A stretch of 64,000 nt of DNA from Schmidtea polychroa. Its lineage: Eukaryota. The notes under the pieces were generated by a model that ran no database searches, was not told where the DNA came from, and saw only the letters and a program-made list of their open reading frames with translations. A program made the position numbers and the translations under genes. This document shows, in pieces, positions 57,201 through 63,200 of this stretch. Where the stretch lies: assembly GCA_044892525.1 (NCBI GenBank), contig CM097888.1, positions 74,586,001-74,650,000 on the forward strand, given 5' to 3'. Every line of letters starts with the position of its first letter. Positions within the stretch are counted from its first letter, which is position 1.

Positions 57201-60200
57201 AGTCTCACTTCTTTCAATCTAATTTTCCTTTGTAAGACAATCTCTTTGAACGGTTATATTTTCAATTTTCTCTTCAGATAACAATTTGCTCTGGTACAAT
57301 CTAGCTTTGTTCGATTCTAATTTTCTTTTGTAAGTTATAGGATCTCAAATCTTGTGTTGATTAAATTTTCGATTTTATTTTTATTCAATTTACTATAGCT
57401 ATATAGTTTTTTTTAAATTTCCTTTCCCCAACGCTACGGGGACGATAATAAATAAAAAACACAGAACCTAATTAGGATATTGTTGACAACAATTATTTAC
57501 AATTATTTTCAATTATTTGCAACAATCTATTACAGCCAACTTTAAACATTTTTTAAAATTAAAATACAAATTGTTTTAAACGCTTGATCAAAATATTATT
57601 CCACAAAATTTAATCTAAAATATTATAAACAGATTTTTTGTTACTTTTTAAATAAAATAATTATCTAATATTAATAAAGAAAAGATTGAAATGATATATC
57701 AAAAACTTTTGTTAATTTTTGTTTTATTGATCATTTGTTGATGGATAAAAGAAAAGAAAGTGAAAATATTGTAAATATAAATAACCAAATACTAAAAATA
57801 ACAAAAAAATTACATAGACTAATCAGAACTGATAATATTTGAATTATATTATTTTGTGAGATTTTGAGAATCTTGATATGAGGTAATGAAGATTATCAAA
57901 ATATGCAAAAGAACTGCAAAATTATCTTTTACTTATTTCGAATTAAAGTTCAGGCCTTAAACTTCTATTTTTTGATTAAGTTGTTTTGAAAGCTTTTATT
58001 GTTTTTCCAGGTATATATATTTTTTAATTATAATTTAATATTAATTTTAATATAGTTTAATGTGATGATTACTTGGTAGCAGCATTAATTAAAATTTAAA
58101 ACAGTTAAATGATAATTTAAGCTTTTTTCTGAAAATAATATATTTAGTACAAATGAAAAGATTTCACCATTATCACTTTTTAAATATTCTTTAGAAGTTC
58201 CTTTTTAAATGTTTTTAAAGTTTTAAAAAAAAATTGATTTTTAAATTAAAAGTATTTATTTAATTTTTAAAATTGTTTAAATTGCGGTTTTGATTAATTA
58301 CAAATTAAATTTTAATTAAATACAAAAATGATAATGAAAAAAAAATAAAATTGAAAATGAAAATAAAAAGGTTCAAATATTGTGATAAAATAAAATAAAT
58401 ACCTGCTTAAAAGATAAAAATAGGATTAGAGAAAAATAAACTAATAAAATTGGAATTGTGCCAAGAATTATTTAATGACCTTATTAAAATGGATATAATT
58501 TTAAAGTTTGAAACGTAGACTCTGGAGGTAAGGGTATTGTTGAGAATTTAATAGTTTTCTTAATTTGGTAATCTAAGAGGATCATGATCATGAATCCAAA
58601 GATTTTGCAGCTATTATGAAGCTAACTTTGATTTCTTTATTAAACTTGAAGTATAACCGTGTGCTATAACTTAGACAAAAGAAATACATTAAAATAGTAT
58701 AAAAATATAAAAAGTCAATTTCTTTTTAATTAAATCATATAAAAGTTAATATCAAATGAAAAGAATTTTTTGACTCATTTATAATTTTAACTATGAAGTT
58801 TTATTTTTTAATTTAATTTATTTATACTTCATAACAGAAGAAACTGAAATCTTTACTTGTGTGACATGATACGGACTCAATAAAGCTCCATAGCAAGTAG
58901 ACAGAGAATGAATAGAATCTTTCTCTAAAAATAGCACTTGCCCTTCTTTCGATACCAGAGCAAGATTATCTTTGGAATAACTGCCAGATGCCCATGTTTT
59001 TGAAACAAATCTTGAATCTAAAGATATATTTAGTTTATTTTTATTCAAATTTTAAAATAATTAATTTGGACGTGTGGTTATAAAATGAATTAATTTCAAG
59101 TAAAAATCCTATTCAATATCGGAATTAAAATTTTGGTTGCTTTTAATTCCCTATTAATAAGTATATTTTTTGTGCAAAGAAGATTTTTCGGGAAAATTTT
59201 ATCGAAATTGACAAGTTTGAAAATAAATAAAAAAAATTAATAAAAAATAAAAATAGGCAAATTTGTAGATATGTTAAAAAATTTTTATCATCATTGTACA
59301 TTATAGAAAAATATTTTTTATGATTTAATTTTCGGCATTGTTTATTTATCTTTTATTAGAAAAAGCTTTTGCAAAAATTCCTATTAAAAAATATAAATAT
59401 TAATTTATAATCTGTAATGAACATTCAAGGAAATTGATAATGGATGACTGATTAAACTGATATTATTTATTGAGTATATGTTTATTTTTGTTTTAATTGT
59501 GATTTTTATTTTTTATTCATATTTTTTGTAATATCAGCATTGTCGAATAGAATATTTTTCTATATATACTTTTGAATTATAAAAGCTAGTTGTGAGTCTT
59601 CACAATGATGGCCATACATTTTCCCCAAAATTTCAAAACTTGACATTTCAAAAGTATTATTTACATAAGTTGTTTCGTAGATAATTTATATATTTAAAAA
59701 ATGAAAACTCTTACGTTGCTAAACATTGAAAAATTGACACTTAAAAGTGCATCAACATGTTGAAAAATTATGTTTTCCAAATTGAAGCGATGTTGTCAAA
59801 AAAAAAGATTTTATATGAACAATACGATTATATAAAAAATTTTGCACATTTTTATTTGTTTATTTAATTTATAATTAATAATTTACTTCAACTATAATTT
59901 TAAAAACTGATAAAAAATTTAAAAATATCTGATATAAAATGTACATAAGATCTAATACTAATTTAGTTGATTATACGATTCAAATATGCAGATGCAATCA
60001 TAAGAAAACGCCACTTGAACATTTGTTTTACGATATATTTCGACGGTATTCCTGTCAGTTATTGATGTCAGTTATATATTTTATGAACAAAAATTTCCTA
60101 ACATCTCCTTTACCTCTGACCAGATTTTCAAATTTTAATTCGAAAAAACCCCAACAAACCAAAAAGTCACAAAACTTACTTGGCATAAGTCTATCCAAGC

Positions 60201-60707
60201 AAAGAGTTCTAGGTTGACTATGCCTGTTTACGTTTATCCGCCATAATCCGTCATCAGAAATAGCACAAATAAATTTGCTGTCTATTCCGCCAATTAATTT
60301 GATGAATTTAGCCTCTATATAATCGTTATAATATAAACGCGTCCAGTTTTCTACTAAAAGAGATTTTAATTATTATATTTTTGAACAAATAATAAATACC
60401 ATTATTGTTTCGCTCCACATTGTCGATATCTTTGTAAAATATCTAAATAGTAAAACAAATTTTATTCAGTTATTTTTAAGTTGATGACCAATTAAATTTA
60501 GTTGGGACACCTAATGGGTCTTTATAGAACATACCATATATAAGATGCAATAATTAACTTCAGGAACAACTCATACTTAGAAATGCATATTTTTATTCCC
60601 TTGTTAATGTATTCATCATATATTTTTTCCAGATAATGTCGGCTGTAAACATAAAAACATGTGCATTGTCCAATGTGTATACATCCGGTTCTATCCACAA
60701 TCATCAA
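1..60707 (-). CDS. MYCBP2: Giant multi-exon E3 ubiquitin ligase of the PHR family (MYCBP2/PAM/Highwire/RPM-1 orthologue), partial. It runs off the left edge; further candidate upstream exons lie at ~61574-62240 and ~63400-63520.
   Basis: Minus-strand exons with GT-AG boundaries match recalled human MYCBP2 segments in collinear order: RCC1-like repeats, PHR domain, 'IIESNHPYEQA', 'ITMMK|NYEAHSFEEIR', 'GLRLRSQPS', 'FTEGWCLKEHLNK', 'ALFAAIIWQNGLV', 'FWLLENV', and DOC-start 'DNNTDIFWESS'. Consecutive exons 24655-24536, 24490-24380, 23883-23708, 21095-20924, 20858-20754 and 19111-18911 join in phase. Confidence 0.92.
311..848 (-). mobile_element. Internally deleted Mutator-like (MULE) element
   Basis: TIRs are ggtacctagacatttggtataaaa and ttttataccaaatgtgtgtggacc, with degenerate gtttt(c)aaa flanks. 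The minus-strand remnants 'MFTLTKTN*SKKILCNGEY' and 'EVIIAQLLGGHRNIRHPIKKRY' resemble MULE transposase termini. Confidence 0.65.
1119..1955 (+). mobile_element. pogo/Tigger DNA transposon remnant
   Basis: DDE_1-type motif 'LLVLDNAPGHP' (ORF 1248-1436) and a C-terminal fragment (1483-1695). The right TIR cgcgttaaacgagggttacctg is followed by TA; the left TIR is degenerate. Confidence 0.75.
2806..3770 (-). CDS. MYCBP2: MYCBP2 exons upstream of the DOC domain
   Basis: The ORF-track fragments 2770-3147, 3196-3429 and 3455-3766 are exons. 'YFWLLENVRNNSSLQIVIWCMFNLL' resembles human 'FNWLLCNVIQTTSLHDILWHFVASL'. Exon 3171-2806 is 122 codons; there is a 33-nt intron at 3172-3204. Confidence 0.8.
4181..4382. 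mobile_element. hAT-type MITE
   Basis: TIR CAGGGTTGCCAGA / TCTGGCAACCCTG, perfect 8-bp TSD TTTACAAG, and repeated subterminal TCGGGA motifs. Confidence 0.9.
4536..6306 (+). mobile_element. hAT element with Blackjack-like TIRs and a decayed transposase (contains an N-gap)
   Basis: TIR TAGGGTGACCACCT / AGGTGGTCACCCTA; flanks gcaactac and ccaacttc match 6/8. Fragmented ORFs include 'CLAHILSN' and 'ILKHVRTRY'. Confidence 0.8.
6390..7330 (-). CDS. MYCBP2: MYCBP2 exons, low-complexity central region
   Basis: Three exons with splice signals. 'LNKLNQLTKLWDTVSVILTLSEQQ' resembles human 'LTLQHLVAFWEDISLATIKAASQ'. Confidence 0.7.
7507..8218. mobile_element. TA-flanked MITE containing a nested second MITE (7602 to ~7813)
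   Basis: Outer TIRs are TA|cacctaaacttcgatttgggtcgtt and aacgacgcaaatcgaggttttggtg|TA. Inner TIRs are ccgtattttagcgcatataacgcgcacg and cgtgcgcgttatatgcgctaaaat. Confidence 0.7.
8250..8921 (-). mobile_element. Probable hAT (Ac-like) element end with decayed interior
   Basis: The minus strand begins CAGAGACCTGC, followed by clustered ACCCG/CCCG subterminal repeats. The partner end was not found. Confidence 0.4.
10110..10500 (-). CDS. MYCBP2: MYCBP2 exon
   Basis: 'ALSPLQAETQRALFAAIIWQNGLVSDLIQIA' resembles human '[31 protein letters not shown]'. Confidence 0.85.
13998..14131. mobile_element. piggyBac-type MITE
   Basis: TTAA|cacattgactgcc ... ggcagccaaagtg|TTAA. Confidence 0.75.
14380..14935 (-). 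CDS. MYCBP2: MYCBP2 exons (14935-14799 and 14713 to ~14380)
   Basis: 'SSGLRLRSQPSFNSPVLGII' resembles 'SAGLRIRSHPSLQSEQIGIV'; 'ENSVWVRL' resembles 'DDGVWLRL'; 'FTEGWCLKEHLNKIFLTP' resembles 'YTEAWCLSFNQHLGKSLLVP'. Confidence 0.88.
16519..16560 (+). ncRNA. Minimal type I hammerhead ribozyme motif (family A)
   Basis: ATAGTA-CTGATGA-GAGC-CAAAA-GCTC-GAAA-C-TA-GTC-TACTAT: complete core, 4-bp stem II, palindromic ACTAGT stem III, GUC cleavage triplet and 6-bp stem I. Confidence 0.88.
17513..18143. mobile_element. piggyBac-type non-autonomous element
   Basis: TTAA|cccctttaccg ... ccggtaaacggg|TTAA, with a duplicated subterminal motif gagtat(a/c)ctcgggtctaccg. Confidence 0.7.
18911..21095 (-). CDS. 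MYCBP2: MYCBP2 filamin / RAE1-binding region exons (21095-20924, 20858-20754, 19111-18911)
   Basis: 'LLDQYENQV', 'FGGHPVP...IYQSITMMK' and 'NYEAHSFEEIR...FIDWIPKACGKYNLVITID' resemble human 'TKDQYGDVV', 'YIAITMMK' and 'VYENYSFEELR...CANWTPGAIGLYTLHVTID'. Splice phases are consistent. Confidence 0.9.
19940..20477 (-). mobile_element. Tc1-family remnant (N-terminal HTH part of the transposase)
   Basis: ORF 19987-20238 contains 'STVNNVVSQF..SG...NGRPRLS...RRSV...TTAAQI'. There is an inverted pair ataagtaaatggac / gtccatttacttat, and a CAGTG terminus at 19940. Confidence 0.7.
22735..23346 (+). CDS. UBE2K: Ubiquitin-conjugating enzyme E2 K (E2-25K/HIP2/Ubc1/UBC-20-like), 203 aa, intronless, with C-terminal UBA domain
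   Basis: Uninterrupted ATG...TGA ORF. It has 'WHPNISSVTGCICLDIL' (catalytic Cys93), 'AEPNDPQDAIVARQY' and a UBA-like tail 'KIAQLHDMGY...WDLDEA'. It aligns end to end with recalled human UBE2K. Confidence 0.95.
   Translation: MQNYINASSKRILNELNRIHKTKPEGISIRLKSQNDTSKLIGTFTGFPDSPYQQGSYEVDFNISKEYPLKPPQAYFITKVWHPNISSVTGCICLDILNDKWALHHTLLSVTVGISSLLIQAEPNDPQDAIVARQYLNDKDLFDKTAAFWNHFYAGGPRKEEFDEFESKIAQLHDMGYPTDVSIHSLSMWNWDLDEAKRDLSNN
23708..24655 (-). CDS. MYCBP2: MYCBP2 exons (24655-24536, 24490-24380, 23883-23708)
   Basis: 'ELLENALTYLASRCATSLL', 'ILDQGLSLSKLPTL' and 'FVKRFV...VQLSKWLQS' resemble human 'QLEKELANLGGVCAAALM', 'ILGKGLALSHSPTI' and 'FLDDFI...GRLARWLQP'. Confidence 0.88.
26520..27090 (-). 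CDS. MYCBP2: MYCBP2 exons
   Basis: 'FTIIESNHPYEQAKLLHNTV', 'KFPDSVDAISVTFDGHCVTAQPEDFL' and 'WPKKAVIIQG|NEIVFEFHTAS...YGFKCSIVG' resemble human 'YAVIESEHPYKPACVMHYKV', 'TFPECVRWMTIEFDPQCGTAQSEDVL' and 'WPTMVLVLPGNEALFSLETAS...YGFKCFAIG'. Confidence 0.9.
27400..27545 (+). mobile_element. hAT transposase C-terminal dimerisation-domain fragment
   Basis: 'GFSAVSKLITKQRNRLHIVKMGDLRLFLSDIE' resembles Buster/Charlie-type C-termini. Confidence 0.55.
28240..28301. repeat. (TA)n microsatellite, ~31 units
   Basis: Directly visible. Confidence 0.98.
28954..29271 (-). pseudogene. PSMA4: Proteasome subunit alpha type-4 (PSMA4/PRE9)-like pseudogene fragment, intronless, with frameshifts and internal deletions
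   Basis: MDPRYNYQTTTFS-(frameshift)-PDGSLCQVEFAMEGVGHSG...SEKIF-(deletion/frameshift)-CAVAGITSDAN resembles PSMA4 [32 protein letters not shown]...SEKIY...CSVAGITSDAN. Confidence 0.8.
29700..31512 (+). mobile_element. Internally deleted Ty3/Gypsy LTR retrotransposon with very short LTRs
   Basis: LTRs are 29700-29793 and 31417-31512, with a perfect 5-bp TSD ATTTC. It carries Gag, CCHC knuckle remnants (CGKNGHLEERC; GHIAKEC), protease 'ALIDSGCSKS' and an integrase C-terminus ('HRTIKRM', 'FQFGDAVHVKPP'). RT and RNase H are absent. Confidence 0.9.
31711..32150. mobile_element. TA-flanked pogo/Tc2-like MITE
   Basis: TA|ccgtatatactcgcatataagc ... gcctatacgcgagtatatacgg|TA. Confidence 0.85.
32733..33623 (-). 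mobile_element. Possible solo-LTR-like remnant
   Basis: The minus strand has a purine tract ggggaggggaag followed by ~880 bp containing ctatataaagg and aataaa. No second copy or TSD was verified. Confidence 0.3.
34500..34780 (-). CDS. MYCBP2: Probable MYCBP2 second PHR domain exon(s)
   Basis: 'QSRFKRV...EDVICFAINRN' resembles PHR2 'RF...PDAICFSVDKP' and lies at the expected collinear position. The reading frame downstream is unresolved. Confidence 0.5.
36191..36234. repeat. (TAA)n microsatellite
   Basis: Directly visible, ~14 units. Confidence 0.95.
37536..37775. mobile_element. TA-flanked Tigger/pogo-like MITE
   Basis: TA|cactcatacctcgct ... agcgaggtatgagtg|TA. Confidence 0.88.
38956..41125 (+). 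mobile_element. hAT element of the Buster/SPIN (GTF2IRD2-like) group
   Basis: TIRs are caacggtaggcaa and gtgcccacccttg, with a perfect 8-bp TSD ACCTATAA (central TA typical of Buster elements). Confidence 0.9.
39480..40778 (+). CDS. hAT transposase (SPIN/GTF2IRD2-like); 432 open codons, N-terminal frameshift near 39435-39480, C-terminus deleted
   Basis: BED-like 'CLIC...NLRRHY...H', 'FSLALDESTDI', 'ATDGAPAMMG', 'HCIIHHEHL' and 'VRWLS'. Confidence 0.85.
   Translation: MDRKVFFIDNNGKSLCLICKGTISNYKVTNLRRHYEVSHPHLSIQYPLNSNLRTEKLKSLQSGLQAQQGLLSTFSREDDSANEASFLIAWNIARAKRPYGEGEFIKRNLEEVIKVLDPDNSKLHKLISRIPISRRTTERRIGQISENVENNLMCDLKNCTAFSLALDESTDIQDVPQLAVFVRFVSSDVKVKEEMLDLVALLETTRGIDVKTALDVVMDRFELTRDKLVSVATDGAPAMMGKNQGLIGLLNRDPNIPHFLSLHCIIHHEHLIAKYFKYENVWKIVLKIVNLIRTNAKTHRQFKNFLEELRLNEETDDLPNDVSLWCIVRWLSTYNVLNRFVELLNPIIIFTKENGIAYPELENETWLSDLMFLTDIMEHLQTLNLALQGKEKIIIDLSQTLFSFEAKLRLFVNDLRSKIFNHFPRIKANILL
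43422..43889 (+). mobile_element. Non-autonomous Helitron
   Basis: It is inserted between A and T with 5' TC and 3' CTAG ends. The GC-rich 3' segment is gcaacgccgggtaccccagCTAG, and there is a 5' (TTTG)n tract. Confidence 0.75.
44614..44803 (-). CDS. MYCBP2: MYCBP2 PHR1 domain, C-terminal exon
   Basis: 'GVTFKFKQSKNSSNGTHVKEGQIPEIYY' resembles PHR '[28 protein letters not shown]'. Confidence 0.9.
46705..49009. mobile_element. Non-autonomous hAT element hosting a nested IS630/Tc1-like element
   Basis: TIRs are caacgttccctctaagc and gcttagagggaacattg; flanks caggcaac and cacgcaac match 7/8. Confidence 0.8.
47144..48156 (-). mobile_element. Compact IS630/Tc1-like element; transposase split into ORFs 48121-47831 and 47817-47173
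   Basis: HTH N-terminus, 'IYIDECGFN', 'IHDNASIH' and 'LPPYSPFVNPIE'. Imperfect TIRs tttcgaaaaaacgtgagtccga and tcggactttgtcaatttccgaaa are flanked by TA. Confidence 0.85.
49850..50560 (-). mobile_element. Tigger-like remnant (CENP-B-type HTH N-terminus joined to the C-terminus; DDE core missing)
   Basis: Decayed frames 'GLNKTTICTILAKDDIK', 'EMERLLVILIKDRQL' and 'ICHKAKVIYDDL'. Confidence 0.6.
51170..51220 (-). ncRNA. Putative minimal hammerhead ribozyme motif (family B)
   Basis: The minus strand reads TAC-CTGATGA-T-GACA-GGAAATG-TGTC-GAAA-TATATC-GTA: core with an extra U, 4-bp stem II, palindromic ATATAT stem III and an AUC triplet. Proximal stem I is only 3 bp. Confidence 0.55.
52144..52408 (-). 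CDS. MYCBP2: MYCBP2 PHR1 domain, N-terminal exon
   Basis: 'WLYSPNAHDSIKFSVSETIYIHGIGLYTGPGENTMSIKIYE' resembles '[41 protein letters not shown]'. Confidence 0.9.
53481..60330 (-). CDS. MYCBP2: MYCBP2 RCC1-like domain exons (~60330-60180, 59017-58857, 56626-56454, ~55400-55182, ~54160-53481)
   Basis: Segments 'VSKEGQVLFLEKDSI...YHVTQ|ISLGKSHGACLSRNGYLITFGVNNYYQCG', 'ISCGHYHTVILTVNGDVYSFGNNKFNQLGRG', 'ITTGSFSTGILSQNGKVFIFG' and 'LLINISSG...FDPRYSVLWS' match the MYCBP2 RCC1-like domain in order. Confidence 0.9.
54524..54703. mobile_element. hAT-type MITE
   Basis: TIRs are cagtaccggcctt and aaagccggcactg, with a perfect 8-bp TSD CCTCATTG. Confidence 0.9.
57122..57334. repeat. Diverged tandem repeat, ~98-bp unit, ~2.2 copies
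   Basis: Units start ctaattttc at 57122, 57219 and 57317 and share caatctctttg-acggttat and ctctggtaca. Confidence 0.8.
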
Positions 60708-61256
60708 AATGACAAATAAATATACCAGTTTAAGTTAATAGTGTTAGTATATTTTCTATATAACCACAATAAAAGTCACGTAAATGTAACGTACAAATTG
60801 ACTGATTATAAGAATAAATAGATATAGATAGATATTTAAACTTTTGTTTAATTTGATATATGTCATTAGGACTAGTATTATTAATTATATTGCCAAACAG
60901 TAATGTAAGAAATAGACAAATTTAAAGTTAGATGACAGTATCTGCGTATATGAAATTAAAACTTCTATAATACAGGCTAGTGTGCAAACCAGTGAATGAG
61001 CCATAATTTGTGCAAATATTTTCTTTCAAATTATTAAATTACAAAATTTAGTTTTTTTGGAATTTTACAATTTAAAGTAATATAAGAACTTTTTTTTAAA
61101 TTTCATCACTCATTTCTTTTCCATTGACATTGTATTTATTAAATATCAGTAAATATATCAAAAACATCGATATATTTATTGATTCAAGCATTATAATAAA
61201 TACAATTTAAAGTAATATAAACATTACAAGCTTTGTGTTACCCAGTGCAAATCCCA

Positions 61257-61298
61257 ATAGTAGACTAGTTTCGAGCTTTTGGCTCTCATCAGTATTAT
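61257..61298 (-). ncRNA. Minimal type I hammerhead ribozyme motif (family A), inverted copy with a stem I mismatch
   Basis: The reverse complement reads ATAATA-CTGATGA-GAGC-CAAAA-GCTC-GAAA-CTAGTC-TACTAT; there is one G>A change in stem I. Confidence 0.85.
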
Positions 61299-61334
61299 GC
61301 AGGAGACAGTAAGATTTCTTTTCGCGTTTCCAGC

Positions 61335-61376
61335 ATAGTACTGATGAGAGCCAAAAGCTCGAAACTAGTCTACTAT
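61335..61376 (+). ncRNA. Minimal type I hammerhead ribozyme motif (family A)
   Basis: The 42-nt motif is identical to 16519-16560. Confidence 0.88.
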
Positions 61377-62569
61377 TGGGATTTGCACTGGGTAACACAA
61401 AGCTTGTAATGTTTATATTATTCAAATGTTAGATATCCGTAAAAATATTTTTACATAATTTAAGTTTTTATAATCTTAATCTTAACTTTTTGGTTTTGAT
61501 ATTAATTGCAACATATTTTCATTTTATTTATGCATTTTGAGAAAAAATAGTGAATATTTATTAAATAATTTTTTTATATTTTAATATTGACTTTAATAAG
61601 TTCGTCTTCAAATTTGCAAATTATAGAGATAAATGAACATTTTGGTATTACTAATAACCGTTTAAATTGGAATTCATCATTCTTTATTATTTTATAATTA
61701 AATTTTATCGAAAAATCATTTCTTTTAAAATTGGATATGGCAAGATCTTCGGCATTTAATTCTAAAATTGTATTTGCCTTTTTTATCAAATAATAATATT
61801 TTAAAAAATTTATTCCATTCAACATTTCTACGTGTATTTTTTAATGATTTGTGTTTTTATGTTTTATTTTTCTAGGTATTATTATTTTTATATGAAGAAT
61901 TATGAAAAACCTTTAGGTTCAGCAAAAGCGAAAGAGTTTTATCTTTTTATTCAGTTCGAAGATCAGATATGTTTCATTTCAAAGACAATACCATAATATG
62001 GTTCTCTTGCTGACTTATCTGTGTGGTTAAAAAAATAACTAAGTTTAAAGGTTTCAATTTATGGGAATTGATTGTATTGCGTCCATTTTGGAAATGTTTC
62101 AAAAATTAATATCTATAGTTTTCATTTAATATAAAACGCTTATCACTTTCATTTTTAAATAAAATTAATTACTTCTCCTGATTGATTACGAACAACACAA
62201 AATTCTTCTAAATTGAGAACTTCACAAGCCAAAGATAGGCTGGGGCATGTTTCGATTACTAAAATTTAATAAATTAATTAAAATATCTTAAGAAATTTAA
62301 AAATTTCATTTTTATTTTATCTCAGTTTTTGTTTTCACTTGAAATGTTGAATTTGATGTTTTTTATATAGAATAACAGAATAAATTTATTAATCAAAACT
62401 GCAGTCATCAAATAAGATTTTTCTTATTTTTTTCACTTCTGAATACATATCCCATTTCCTATATATTAATTGAACATACTGAACTTTTTATCAATAATAT
62501 TTGGTTTGTCGGTCAATTGAATTATTAACAACTTACGATTAGAAATTCTATTCTGTTCAGATTGTACTC

Positions 62570-63200
62570 TTTATCTTTCGTTTAAACCTTTCCATTTTCA
62601 CTTTATAATGTCACTTTTTATTTTTACTTCAATTATTTTATCGCCTTCATTTCATCTATGCATTTTCAAAATTTCCATGTTACGGTCCAAATTATTGGCA
62701 TTCTATTTTATACTATCATAATTCACTATTATGAACTATAGATAACAATGTTACGTCCATTTTAAAAGCTATAGCCAGACCTGTGTATTTTTTATTAAGT
62801 AATGTTCTTTTTCCTGTATAAATAATACTAGAATATACATCCCAATCTAGATTCGTATAAGATATAAAACTTTACACCAAATCTTGATCTATTAGACGCA
62901 ATATATTGCTTCCACGAAACCCTTACTTTGTAGCGCATAAGACTTTCATCGATTGCTCAGAAAATCTTTTATTTCTATATTCATAAAATGTCCATATTTT
63001 ATAAAATTTTGGACATGGGTGAATATTTTAATCGTATGGAATGCATTTTTCATCTCAATGTATCTTTTGTAAGATAAATTCTTTTCAATAAAAGGAAGGC
63101 TTATAATATCTCTTGTTGACCAATACATGTTTTAAACTGGGATTTTGACAATGCCTTGCAAATAATGATTACTAAAAAAATGAACATAAGTAAGTAAGTT
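62570..63200 (-). mobile_element. piggyBac transposase remnant
   Basis: 'YWSTRD...PFIEKNLSYKRY' and 'AIDESLMRYKVRVSWKQYIASNRSRFGVKFY' are piggyBac motifs; the frames contain several stops and frameshifts. Confidence 0.8.

Larger units (their letters stand above)
61213..61420. repeat. 88-bp near-perfect inverted repeat (arms 61213-61300 and 61333-61420, 32-bp spacer) carrying the two family-A hammerheads
   Basis: By direct comparison the arms are reverse-complementary at 87 of 88 positions. Confidence 0.95.

Noticed and set aside
60240-60260. CTGATGA on the minus strand as a hammerhead core (likewise at ~52243 and on the plus strand at ~21085)
   Set aside because: No stem II/GAAA follows, and each lies within a MYCBP2 coding exon (for example ...AISDDG...).
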